Source: Guillardia theta CCMP2712 (Eukaryota > Protista > Cryptophyta). Taken from it: 64,000 bases of DNA. Positions 11,163 through 23,077 of the stretch are shown in pieces. A program made the translations under genes and the position numbers. Each line of letters begins with the position of its first letter. Positions within the stretch are counted from its first letter, which is position 1. Location: NCBI RefSeq assembly GCF_000315625.1, contig NW_005434605.1, positions 238,407 to 302,406 of the forward strand, written 5' to 3'. The notes under the pieces are model-generated. The model was given only the letters and a program-made list of their open reading frames with translations. It was not told the origin of the DNA and did not search any database.

Positions 11163-14100
11163 ATGACGTCGCTTCGCGAAGGAGTAGGGAAGACACACGT
11201 CACGGAGAGGAGGAGAGGAACGGCTGGTAGAGTATGCTGGCGATGGAAGCACGAGTTGCTCCCATCGTTCGAAAGGGTAGAGATGTGGCGTGGATATGGG
11301 TAATCCAAAGAGTGCAACAGTCCCTTAGCAATCCCTGGTTTCAAGCTTGATCCTGCAAAATGACAACTCTGCTCGCTTGCATGCTGCTTACAAAATCCTT
11401 GATCCAAGAAGTTTTGTGTTATCGAAAATGACAATGTATGCATCCTAGGATGACGATGCATTCGAGGTCCAAAATTCCTCGAATGGCATCTTTGGATGCT
11501 TCACCGGTTGTACGAATCTTCTCAAGTGTTCTGTCACTGACAATCTGCTACAGAAGTTGCCAGTCATGACGGAAATTTTGTTTCTGAAGGAAGAAAAAGT
11601 GCAGGTAGAGCCTCACTGCTTTTAGTTGCGTTCTTATGATTTGGTTTTAAAGGGAGGGCTCTTCGGCATTGGAATGACCATATCAAGATCTCCTCCTCAT
11701 ACCGTGTTGAGCGTTGATGATTTGAAGGGCCCTGAGGGTCAGAATTTCAATCACATGGTAGAGGTGGGAGATCGTTTGCATGCTGTCGACGATACCGAAG
11801 TCGAGCAGGTATTACCTCCATCTTGTCCTGGTTGCCCGCCTCATGTTGCCCGCAGACAAACATTGAATCTTGTGAACAATTGATTTGGGGAAAGCCTGGC
11901 ACAAACATCCGACTGACTATGTTCAGGTCTGACCATGATAATTTGCTGTGATCACCTGCAAACCACAAACAACAAGTGAACGGTGCACAGACACGAGGAC
12001 GGGAGCATGTATGAAGTCCGTGTGAAGAGGCACATTCCCATCTACATTTGGGACCATATCAAGCGCTGGTAGTTGTCACTTTGTTAATCCGTCTCAGAAT
12101 ATCAAAATGTTGTAGGTACGAATTGAAGCCAGAATTCGAAAATGAGGAGCTTCTGGCGAATAGTCAAATCGTACCACATGACCACGTTGTGAAAATCATC
12201 TTACCATGTTGTTTGAAAGGTGAGGGCACTGGAGGACATTCGTCTTACGCTGGACGAAGGTAGTTTGAGATGTTTCCGACGCGTTTTAGGATGTCAAACT
12301 GAAACCTCAAATAGGCTCTGCCATGAATCTCGAATTTTTCAAAGATCCCCGCATGGTGTGCGAATCGTTCCATCCTGTACCTCTTATCTGACGAGCAAGC
12401 AGGCCAGGAGTACGTTTGGATTCAGCCTTGCGAACGGGTTGAACTCTTCGATGGGATCAAATTCATCTTTCAATCCAAGAGAGGTAGCCATTTTAGCTAA
12501 CTCCCTCCCTCCCTCCCTCCCTTTTTCCCTCCCTCCTTTCCTCTCTCCCTCTCTCTACTGGTTACATTTCACACGCACAGGTGGCATCCATAACAGCTGG
12601 TGGCCCTGCATTCCTATCTGGTCGTATTCAAGTTGGAGATGAACTGATCGCCATCGACGGGAATCACTTCGACGGTCTGAACTCAGACAAGCTATCGCTG
12701 AGTCAACCCATCGGTGCGCCATGCAACTTCACCTTCAAGCGGGGAACCATGAACTACGAAGTGGCTTTGAATCGAGCTTCTTCCTCCGCTGTCAAGGCAG
12801 TTGAGAGACTGTTTCAAGTGATCGAGACGTTGGAAGTCCAAATCCGCAAAGGCTCACCTGTGCAAGCCCTCATATCATCCTTGCAGACGTTGGCAGAGCA
12901 GGTGGTGCAAATAGAGAAGAAGCGGGCCGACAACGAGACGTGGATCTTTGAGAAGATCAGGAAGATGCAGCAACGCACTGCGAATGGAATAACAGTGGCA
13001 GAGACCATGTTGTTCCCTAACAGAAAGCAGCAGGGGGATGACACTGTCCACACCGCCAAGATCAACTCGACTGTTGAGGTCCTCAACACTGAAAATGTCA
13101 CGATGAGGCAGGAGATCATAGAGCTGAAGCAAATGATTGAAAGCCTCACTGTCAGACTGTCCGAGTCGGAGGATTTGAGGATGAAGACCAACGATGCCAA
13201 TCAAAGGCTGACTGAGGAGAAGTCCAAGTTGACGGCTGAGATTGAGCGTTTGATGTCAGAGCTCGAGAAGATTTCCTTCGAGATGACACGAGCGAAAGCC
13301 TTGATGAAGGAGAAGGACGACGTGGAGAAGCTGCTCATCAAGAGCAGGACTGAGTTGGAAGTCGAGCAACAGACCATCAGCTCGGAGCGAGCGACTTTCC
13401 AGTACTCGATTGAAGGGCTCCAGAAGCAGTACGAACAGAGCATGGAGATCATAGAGAAGTGCCAGAGGGAATCCGAGTACCTGAGGAAGCAAAACAACGA
13501 GCTATCGGAGACGATCCGGATCCTCAAGGAAGAGTTGGACCCACTGAGGATCAAAGTCAACACGGAGATGGTTGATCGCTCGGAGTACGTGTCTTGCATG
13601 AATGACTGTAAGGCTCTCCGGAACATTGTGCAGGAGCAAGAGGTGGCTCTGCAGAACAGCGAGAAGGAGATGATCGCCGTCCGGGAGAAGATGAAGAACT
13701 ACATGTACGAGGCGGACGGAGCGAAACGCGAGGCGCAGGACAGCCTGAACGAGCTTCACGACCTGAAGAGACAGCTCTCGGCCATCGGGCTGTCTGCCTC
13801 GGAGGTGGACAAGGTGGCGGCGAAGCTTGCTGGTCCTCCCAGGGTCTACATGTCGGAGATTCTCGACCTACTGGATGTTCTGTCCAAGTCTGACCGATCC
13901 TGGAGTGAGCTCCACAAGATCGTCAGCATCATGAACATGGAGCAAGCATGGTCTGCCGACGACCTGCTGCGCGTCCGCAAGATGCTCTCGGGCCCCCCCG
14001 TGATCACCTTGGATATGCTGTACGAGCTGATCTTGGGGAATGAAACGGAGCACATCAAGACTGAGATGCACGTGCTAAGGAAGAGGGTCAGCGAGATGGA

Positions 14101-15220
14101 GGAACTGAGGAAGCAGAAGCTGCACATCGAGACTACCGTCCAGGAGTACATCACCCAGATCGACCTTCTGTCCAAAGAGAACCACCGCACGAGCGTCGAG
14201 AGCTCGCAGCTTCAGCGGCAGATCGAGGAGCTCAGGAAGCAGCTGATGCAGCTGGAGCAAGTGGGCATGCACAACGAGCAGCTCAAATCTCAGAATGAGA
14301 ATCTCAAGGGGGAGATCTACGACACACAGCTGCGCATCGGACACCTGGATGCGGAGCTGAAGCGTCTGCGGGAGGAGCTGCAGCTGAAGGACCTGGAGAT
14401 CGAGAGGCTGAAGAACACCAAGACCTCAGAGATCCTCGTCTCCACCCAGCAACAACAGCAGATGCCGCCGAAGCTTGCCGGAGTCGGCATGCTGCTCGAG
14501 TCCACCAGTGAGTCAGGACGTATCTACATCAAGTACTTGGTGCCAGGAGGGCCTGCAGCGCTGAGCGGCAAGATAAGGATCTCGGACCAGCTCTTGAAAG
14601 GTGAGGGAGGACGTCAGGCTCCTTGTCTGACTGCCGTCCAGTTGAGGATGTCAACGTGTATGGCCTGCCCCTTGATAAGGTGTTCGATCTCATCTTGGGA
14701 GAAGAGGGGACAGAAGTCACTCTCACCATCGGGCAAGAGCATCAGTTTCAGGTTTCCTCCTCCTCCTCCTCCCGTCACCATCGAGCCTTGACGCCCTGGG
14801 GTGCAGGGAAGCGACCGAACCTCAACGCATACCTCGCTCAAGATCTTCACCGTCAGGTTGAGCAGGACTCACAACATTTCGCGCGACCAGATGTATGCGA
14901 GCAACACAGGTCAGACACTTGGCAGGCTCGGCATGTCCCATGACGAAAGCATGCAGTCACGTACTATCAGTCCAAGGGAGAGTACGAGCACTCTCGGTAC
15001 TTTGCTCTTTGTAATTCTCAAGCTTCACCTCCCATCTGCTCCCTCACTGAAGGCTGAACTCACCAGGATCCTTACTCCGGAAGAAAACTTCATCAAAGGG
15101 TTGCACGTGGTAACTCACAGCTCTCTCTCCTTCGTTGCGAGCTCTTGACATGTTGGTCAGGGTTTCCGTACTCTGCTCTGATAGGCCAGCCGCTGAAGGG
15201 TATCAGCGGTCTGTGTAGAG
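11163..15220 (+). CDS. Multi-PDZ protein with long central coiled coil; multi-exon, ends approximate
   Basis: Three PDZ-like blocks (GLFGIGMTI...VEVGDRLHAVD; SITAGGPAFLSGRIQVGDELIAIDG; LAGVGMLL...LVPGGPAALSGKIRISDQLLK) flank a long E/K/L/Q heptad region in ORF 12581-14791. Confidence 0.8.
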
Positions 15221-15273
15221 CGAAGTTGCTCCTACATTATCGTGACCATGTTTGTGTTAAAAATGTTTACAAT

Positions 15274-18200
15274 TCAATTCATCGTCCCCCGACATGTCGG
15301 GGCTCCGCAGTGACAAGGAATCTTCTTGTCCTCGAAGGGCAGCTTGTAGTCATACGTCAGCTCCTCACCGAATTGTACGTCGTGAATCGCGGAGATGATG
15401 ATCCGGCGTTGCCCCTGTCCGGCAATCATGGCCATGCAGGCGAACAGCAAGACAACTCACATTGATCTTGAGGATCTTGGCTTCACAGTTGGGATCGCAA
15501 CAATGATTGATGTAGTGACCGATGTTGTGCCGAATCGTCGCGTCCACGATGGCAGCTCGACCCTGCCAACACATAAACACGGCGTTTCCTTCACCCTTGT
15601 AAGGCACCTCGGGCGGCTCGCCTGCTCCCAAGTATTCCTCAAGCCTCCAGAAGTACGTTCCGAGTCCAGCTGCTTCATACTGCTCTTCGCGCACATCCGC
15701 TACCACTGGCCTGATAGCCTCGCCGGTGTACTCCACCACCATCTCTCCCTTGAGTGCTCAAGTCAACACCCTTGTAAAACTTCCCAAACTGACCTTGAAG
15801 ATCGGCTGCCTTGCAAATATACCATACCCCTCGATGCCAGACCGTCCGAGCACCAGCCGACGATTCTGATTCGCTTTCATCCAATCAAATTGGGAGTTGA
15901 TGTCCATCGCTTTGTATTCCAGTCCACTTTCAGGAGCCAGTACTGTCAGACAAACCATAATGCCATGGGGTCCATTACCTGCAGATTCGAGGGAAAGACT
16001 CCTGGGCCATGTGGGTGAACTCAGCCTTTTCGGTGAACGAACGAGGAGTGAAAGGTTCAGCTCTAGCGCATCCAGAAGGATTGGCTGCAAGGCAAGTCAC
16101 TTCAAGTCGTTTGTCGTCAACGGATGTACCTGGCAAGACAGGAGGCCAGGGAGGTCTTTGAAAAGTTATGCGCGGTAGTTTCCGTTCGGTCTCTCGTTTC
16201 TCAAAGATTATTTGTTTTCTGATGTTTCCGCCCTGCAAACATCTGGTTTACCACATGCCTTGTGCAAGAGGGAACTTGGAGAAAATATCTCCTCACCTCC
16301 TCGATGACATCATCCCACAGCAAATTCGCTTGAAAGGCGTCTTGCAAGAAGTTTGTAGGGACTCGAAGTAGCACTGGCTCATTTTCTGAGTTGTAGTCCA
16401 GTTTGAGGATCTTTCCTTCGCGCCATGTGAACTTGAAGCTCTTGGGCAATCTTTTGTATGCAAATGGATCCAATTTGTCCTCCTTCAAAGAATTTCAGTA
16501 AGAACGATGGAGAGATTCACTGGTACCTTGCAACGAGGATCATCTTTCCAATCTGGTGTGGTATGTTTCATCCTTATACGACATTCGTGCTGCACCAATA
16601 CATCAATTCGTATACCCTCAAGCCATGCAAACTTACTTTGTCATGATTCCTACTAGCAAAGTGACCTTTCTTACAATCCCAACATATGTGCATCTGAAGT
16701 GCCATCAGCATTACAGGATGCTGTGATTTTACTTACCTGACAAGCATCTTCAACTAAAGCTGCATCAGCTTTTGTTGAATGTTCACAATCGAACGGTTCG
16801 CAGTCTGGATGATTGTTCAAAAATCTGCGGAGGTTTTTCATCTTCGGCGCACGCTCGCCTGCCAAAAAGTGAATCATGTGAAATCGAAAGATACCAAATC
16901 ATCCTACCGAGTAAGATTTTCATCGTTCGCAAATTGATGATTGGAACGTGGACATTCTTGCTGCTGCTGTTGCCGGTCGACGGGACGAGTTCCATTCGAG
17001 CTTCGAGCGACTTGAACTGTCCTTTCTTTCGTTTAATTCGATCTCTAGTCCTGGAAAAAGTCGTCAAGGCGACAGAGGAAAGCATCGAAGCATCGACTCA
17101 ATACAATTTTATCTCCTCGAACCCAGGGAGATCGGATATGAGTTCCATCACTTGTGGAAGATTCAGACCGAAGAGTTCGACCCCAGATTTTTGATGAATT
17201 GTTGCATCAGCAACAAGCTTCGGACTATTATCATTGACTTTTGTATTAGACCTGCGTTCTGCGGACAGGCTTGAATCATCCTGAAAGTCCTTCTCCTGAA
17301 TCTTCGCTGAAGACAAAGGAATGCTTTGAAGATCCATGTCTGTTTCTTGGGTTGAACTTCTTTCATCAGCATTATTGTCTACAGCAATGTTAGCACCGAA
17401 GACATTCGTATTCAAATTCACCTTCAACTTCCTCTTCTCCCTTCAGGTCGCTCATGTTGGAAGAATCCAAATTCTGCCTTCCGGCCACCGCAGACTTCAC
17501 TTTGTTCCAAACTTCTCTTGGGTTTGAGCCCTCAAAAGCTTCTTCAAGAAGAGGCTGTTTGAAACTCAGAATCGTCCAACAAAATTTAAAAAATATTCAA
17601 GAAGACCTTTCCATCTTCCTTCAGAGGCATGACAAAAAAGAGTGGTCCACGATGTCCATGAGCTATCGTACACTTGTATTGACCTTGCTTCGTCCGGTCC
17701 ACAAAGTCGACATAGCTGAAGCATGAAGAATCAGAGGCTCCTTAATTCGTTAGCTACAAAACAAGACCTCGTGACACATTCGTATCCAACCGGAAACACC
17801 AGTTTGTCATCCCAGTAGCCAGCCTTGTCATACACTATCGCTCCTGAAGCAAGGTTCACATAAATTGCCTCCACAGAGATCCCATACCAATTCGGTCAAC
17901 TGTAACGTCTTTACCCTTTATTGGAAGCCTTGATGCGATGACCTCGTCCTGATTATTTTCCACTTCCATCTACAGTTGTAATCATTTGTCGGGAGTACCA
18001 AATCAACCTCAGTATACCTCTTCATCTTCATCATACTCATCTTCCGGATCAGCACATGATTTGCCAACGTCAGAACACTGGAATGCTGCATCTTCGGATA
18101 ATATTAGGCTGGTTCTTCTCCATTTCTGGCACAGGTCACATCCCTGTCGCACAGATAAGGTTTTCGAAATGAAGCATCAAAATGGTCTTTCACCCCCCAA

Positions 18201-20186
18201 TTATCATCCACTTTGGCTGTTATCGGAGCAACGGCCTCAAAATCGTCTGTTGCGTATGTAGTACCGTTCTTCTTGACAAATGGACAATGAAAATGCTCAA
18301 TGAATTCCATAGCAAGACACTCCCCGTGGTTTTCAGTGACCTAATTTGAAAAGATTTCATCAAAGGCTGTCAAGCTCCTAGAGAAAACTTACTCCAGGGT
18401 AGGGTGGAAACTTCACGCTAGGTCTTATCGCAAGATGCCAATTGCTTTTGTCGAAAGTGTTAGCTTGAGTCTGAACTTGGTCTGTGCATAACTCTGTCTT
18501 TTCCTCATTCGTCTGGATTTCAGTGGAATTAGGCTCTTCGATTCTATCTTTCTCTTCCGTGGCTTGGTTCTGTTCTACCCGTTGCAACGGTTCAGGGCAA
18601 TTCTGCAATGGAATCTCTATTTGTACGAATGTCTCGCGACTGGAAGGAAGCAAAAGGAGCGTGTGCGCTGGCAGCCTGCATGAGTCGTCGTTTGCTAGCA
18701 TTTCAAGCCGTGAAGAGTTGAGCTCCACCAGATCCTTGAGAGGCACAAGGGTTAGGAGGAGGAAATATACCTTTTGATGGGAGAGAAACAAGCACCTTAG
18801 CATCCACATGCAGTTGCTGGGCCAATTCAGGAATACTCTTTCCGTCATCAGCTTCGTTCAAAAAGTAGTATTTCAAAGCTTCCGGTGTAATATTTGTCTG
18901 ATCTTTGCCTTTTGACTTCCTTGACTGATTCTTTTTGCCACCAGCACGTTTCGTTAGACTCCGCTTGTATTGAGCAAGTTCCCAAGCGATTATCGCCTCA
19001 GTCACCTGAGAAGAATTTCAGTTGAAAGAGACAAAGTCCGATAGCATACCTCGTCTTCTTCTAGGTCCTCTTCTCCTAGACTTGCATCATCAAATACAAT
19101 ACGCCATAAAGCAGCAGGTTCTGATGTTCTCTGAAACAATCCTTAAGAATATTTTCTGTGTAAGGCTACGACCTCACCTCGCTGATGAAATCCGATTCGG
19201 ATGCACTCAACCAGCCAAGAACTTTTCCCCAGCCCTCTTCCAATTGGCCATTGTCATTCTGGACTGACCTGAGTATTCCACGCCCAATGAATGGATGGCC
19301 TTCCTTTCTCCATTCATCGCCGGAACTTTCGCAGGGAACTTCGAGCTAAAGCACCGATCACCCACAGTGAATCAGAAGCTTATCTGCACAACTTACCGAC
19401 TTAGAGGGTTTCGATGTGCCACCTTTCCCCGAAGAAAGGGTTGGTTTTTCAGCTGCGTCCTTAGCCTTTGCCTTTGCTACCTTCCCAGATGAGTTTGGTT
19501 GCTTGCTGGGTCTGCATCTCTTGTTTTGAGCGTCGCCCGTGACTTGCTTTGCTTGATCTGTGGGAGAGCTCCTCCTCCGCTTTTTCTGGTTTGCACTGGG
19601 CTCCTCGCTATCCTGTCCTTGGAAACCAATGAGATTCTTTTCGAACTCTCCCTTCAAATCAGACTTGGTGTCCTTAGCTGAAGGAGAAGAGCCCAGGCTG
19701 CCCCCCATGTCTTCCATCGCACTTCTGCGGTGGAAGTTTGTAGATTCTTGAGGGCTGGAGCCTGTCTTGACCGTAGAGGCAATGCTCATCCCATCGTTTG
19801 GAGACGCAGAGGTTGATTCCTGGTTCACACTTCTTCGGTTCTGAGGCGTTTGAAGGATCTCTGAATCTTTCATCTCCTCGGTCTCAGAAACCATCCCTTG
19901 CCGCTCAATGCCTGATTTCTCAGCGATTCCACAGTCCAACGGATCCTTGCGCCTTGTGGCATTCAGCAACTTTGAGAACATGGCGGTCAACTTCTGTTGC
20001 TGGAGTGGTTTTGGAGGGGATACATCGCCTCCTCCCGCACTTTCAGCTCCTTTCTCCTCGATGACCTCTGCGGTTTCCTGCCATACGATTCAATCTCTTA
20101 TCCTGGTGAATTACATTATCCTCTCCCCCCTCTCCATTCTCTTCCCCCCTCCATCCCTGCATTCTCCGTCCATCTTTTCCTACCAT
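15274..20186 (-). CDS. Trithorax/ATX-type histone H3K4 methyltransferase: PWWP-like, CW zinc finger, FYRN/FYRC, BRK, WIN motif, SET and post-SET; multi-exon
   Basis: SET: GRSGIEGYGIFA, VVEYTGEAIRPVVADVRE, INHCCDPNC, EELTYDYK. Post-SET: CHCGAPTCRGTMN*. WIN: NPSGCARAEPF. CW: WGGCDLCQKWRR...FQC...CADPED. FYRC: SGVELFGLNLPQVMELISDLPG. The ATG at 20186 is followed directly by an intron. Confidence 0.9.
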
Positions 20187-21007
20187 GGCTTGGCGGGAAC
20201 TGGAAGGGCCCACGAAATTCGAACTGTTACAATACACCGGTTTGGAAATAACGTTTGCAACATGAGTACGTTTATTGCTTCGTAACGATTACCGTTATGT
20301 GCTAGGTAAAACGGTCTCGTTGTAGTTCCTCCTCATCCCGACCGTTACTACAAGCCAATACCACCCTACCACCCAATAGCCAGAAGATCTTACCTATTAT
20401 CACCCGGTCCGATAAGGTTTGTTTTTGTCACATATCCTAAGTGCGTCTACCCCTACTTTCCCCCCTCGAGGTACCCCTACATTTCCACGTTCATCAGCTC
20501 AAGTTTTTACCCCTCCTGCTTTCCATGTACCCTACCCTCTTACCAGCTAATCCTCGATCTTTCACCCCTCATTCCTACCCTTGAAACACCCCACCCCCAG
20601 GTAGTAACCCCACCGGTCTCCACTAACGGGTCAGGACTCCCGCCGCCTCCCGCTCCTCGACATGTCGGAAGTGAATCTACTGGGGATGAGCTCCATGTGG
20701 GGATCAGCGAGCTCAGTGAGACTCCTCTTCCTCTAGCCCTCCTCTAGCCCTTCTCGCTCATCTCCTCGCACACCCCTGCTCAACACTTCCCCTCTTCTTG
20801 CTGGTTGTTCCACCCGAATTGTTTCCTCATCCTCCTCAGGATTTGCACACTGACTTCTGCTTTTCCTCAAATCTCACAGCCCATGATGTATCATAACATC
20901 ACGACAAGAAATAGAAAATGAGACAGCTCCGTGTAGTCCTGCGGTTGAAAGTTTGGAACGGTTTCGAGCTTTGGCAGTAGCTTCTTTCAACTCTTCCACT
21001 GCACATT

Positions 21008-23026
21008 ATGAAGCTCGAGCGCTATGGAGTTCGACTTCGATACGATCGCAAGGCTGGGTTCATCGTGGCAGGGGTTCAAGCAGGCTCTTCTGCAGATTCA
21101 TGTGGTCTACAGATAGGATGGAAGCTTCTTTTCATAGAGGATTTGGAGAACCATGCTTTCGACCTGAACCTGTTGAACCAGAGCGATGGCCCCGAACTTC
21201 CCGACCATCTTCGTGTGACATTTCAAACAGAAGCAAAGCAGAGAGTGCCGATGAGGCTGTTCGCTGGAAAACCCGCAAAAGTCGACAAGTTCATTGATGA
21301 AGTGCGATCCTGGAGGACTCCCAGCCCAACCCACCTGCGGAGATCGTCCCCGAAGCTCGGAATCTCTCCTCTCGACTCAGCTCTCCAGAAGGTTTCATTG
21401 CTCGCGAATGCGTACCGTAGGAAAGGTATATTCGGTGCAGGAGAGGCTATGAGCAGCTTGATTGGATATGGTTATAGTTTTTCGCACGTTGAATCAATTC
21501 CTAAGGGTACAGCTTTCGCACACATCGCTGTGAACAGGGCGTTTCATGGTTGGTCTAAGGTCAAGAAGAATACAGATCCATTAGTACGGCCTGAGTATGA
21601 TGCAGCAGTATACGTGTTCTATCTAGAGATGGTGAAATCTTCAAATCGCAACCGCCTTGAAGACTTCTTTTGTGCATGGAAACGCCTGCATGAAATGAAC
21701 AAAAAATTACTCCGATACTCCCTGGAAAGCTTGCGAACGTATGTTCAATTTGCTCAAAAAGACGCATTCGAATCGTGGATTGAGTTCAAAGCGACGTATC
21801 CCAAGCCCAAGTCTGACATGGCTTTGAAGAGCTCGACCAAGGTGGAAGAACAAGCAGAAAGCGCCCAAACGAATCTCGCAGCCAACAACATTCAAGAGCC
21901 TGGTCTTGTTGTTCTCGGACCTTTGCCAGACTTCGTCAAGAATGTTTGGCCAGACCTGGACATTGATCATTACCAAACCTTGAAAGAGTCTGTAAAAAGA
22001 TCAGGAAGTGTCCGTAAATCCGTTGCAAAATCGGCGAAGCGAAGAGGCTCGGGAGGCAACGAAGGCGGCGCCAAGCATCGTGACGATGCAGGATCTGAAA
22101 GGCGAAGCACCCATGAGGTGAGTCAAGACAACATTACGATACGTGAGAAATCTTGGGTAAAACTGAAGAATCTTCATGATAGATCGGAACTTAATGGCAA
22201 CGAAGCATTTGTTGTGCGCAAAGAAGATACCTCTGTCTTGGTTCAAGTTCATGGTAAACGTGTCAACGTCAAGCTCGACAACGTTGAACCCCTAACTGAA
22301 GACCAAGCTCGCAAAGTGGAACAACGAGTCGTCGACAAGTACATGGATCAGATACAGATACGACTCAAGAATCTGGACATGAAGGGATCAAATTATTGCA
22401 TAAACTGTCAAAGCGTGCTCGAGAATTTTCCAAAGAATCGTGATGATGCATTCGATTGTCTAAATCAGCACTTGTGGAACGTGGACGCTGCGGTAGACAT
22501 TTTTGTTGAGGACTCCAATGGCTTGATAGCAGACAAATTTCGCAACTCCAAGGATTCTCTCAAGATTTTGCAAAGCTGGAATGAAGTGGTTTTTTCTAAA
22601 CGCATGTTCAAAAGTATGAGATCGACTGCAGAGTTGCGATATGCGTCCAAGCTACGATCAAGGCTTGTCAAGAACTGGGGCGACGCTGTCAAAGATGCAA
22701 AGGAGTTAATGCACCTGACTGCCTACCTGTGGCTTGCAACGAATTACAACTTGATCAAGAAAGTGCTCATGGAGTGGAGGTTGCGCAAAACGTGCAATGA
22801 TATGGCATCAGATTCATCCTCGGATTCAGACGACCTCATCACGAAAGTGGTCAGCCCGAAGGCTGTCAGCGCAGTATCAGGAGTTCTTTCCTTTGCCGCA
22901 GCTGCTGGTCGAACGATCGTAGGAGAGGATTCAGCCAATCAGCTTGCTCAAGGGATCGGCAGCATTCTGTTGGGGAGAGATCGGGTAAAAGACATGTTCG
23001 AGAACAGAAGCAACTTTAACGGATAA
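21008..23026 (+). CDS. Intronless 672-aa protein with PDZ-like N-terminus, SH3-fold-like 'ELNG' module, UBA-like segment and Sfi1-like W repeats
   Basis: Long uninterrupted ORF containing FIVAGVQAGSSADSCGLQIGWKLL, VKLKNLHDRSELNGNEAFVV...VNVKLDNVEPL, AFDCLNQHLWNVDAAVDIF and recurring F/L-x-x-W motifs. The true start may lie upstream. Confidence 0.7.
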   Translation: MKLERYGVRLRYDRKAGFIVAGVQAGSSADSCGLQIGWKLLFIEDLENHAFDLNLLNQSDGPELPDHLRVTFQTEAKQRVPMRLFAGKPAKVDKFIDEVRSWRTPSPTHLRRSSPKLGISPLDSALQKVSLLANAYRRKGIFGAGEAMSSLIGYGYSFSHVESIPKGTAFAHIAVNRAFHGWSKVKKNTDPLVRPEYDAAVYVFYLEMVKSSNRNRLEDFFCAWKRLHEMNKKLLRYSLESLRTYVQFAQKDAFESWIEFKATYPKPKSDMALKSSTKVEEQAESAQTNLAANNIQEPGLVVLGPLPDFVKNVWPDLDIDHYQTLKESVKRSGSVRKSVAKSAKRRGSGGNEGGAKHRDDAGSERRSTHEVSQDNITIREKSWVKLKNLHDRSELNGNEAFVVRKEDTSVLVQVHGKRVNVKLDNVEPLTEDQARKVEQRVVDKYMDQIQIRLKNLDMKGSNYCINCQSVLENFPKNRDDAFDCLNQHLWNVDAAVDIFVEDSNGLIADKFRNSKDSLKILQSWNEVVFSKRMFKSMRSTAELRYASKLRSRLVKNWGDAVKDAKELMHLTAYLWLATNYNLIKKVLMEWRLRKTCNDMASDSSSDSDDLITKVVSPKAVSAVSGVLSFAAAAGRTIVGEDSANQLAQGIGSILLGRDRVKDMFENRSNFNG

Positions 23027-23077
23027 AATCTAAGTAAAAGCGAAGAAAAGCCCCACTCTCTCGTCCCCCCTCTTGCA

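Noticed and set aside
12814-14505. Multiple antisense ORFs over the coiled-coil exon
   Set aside because: They are shadow ORFs caused by codon bias of the sense gene. The same applies to the antisense ORFs over the aminotransferase and HET genes.
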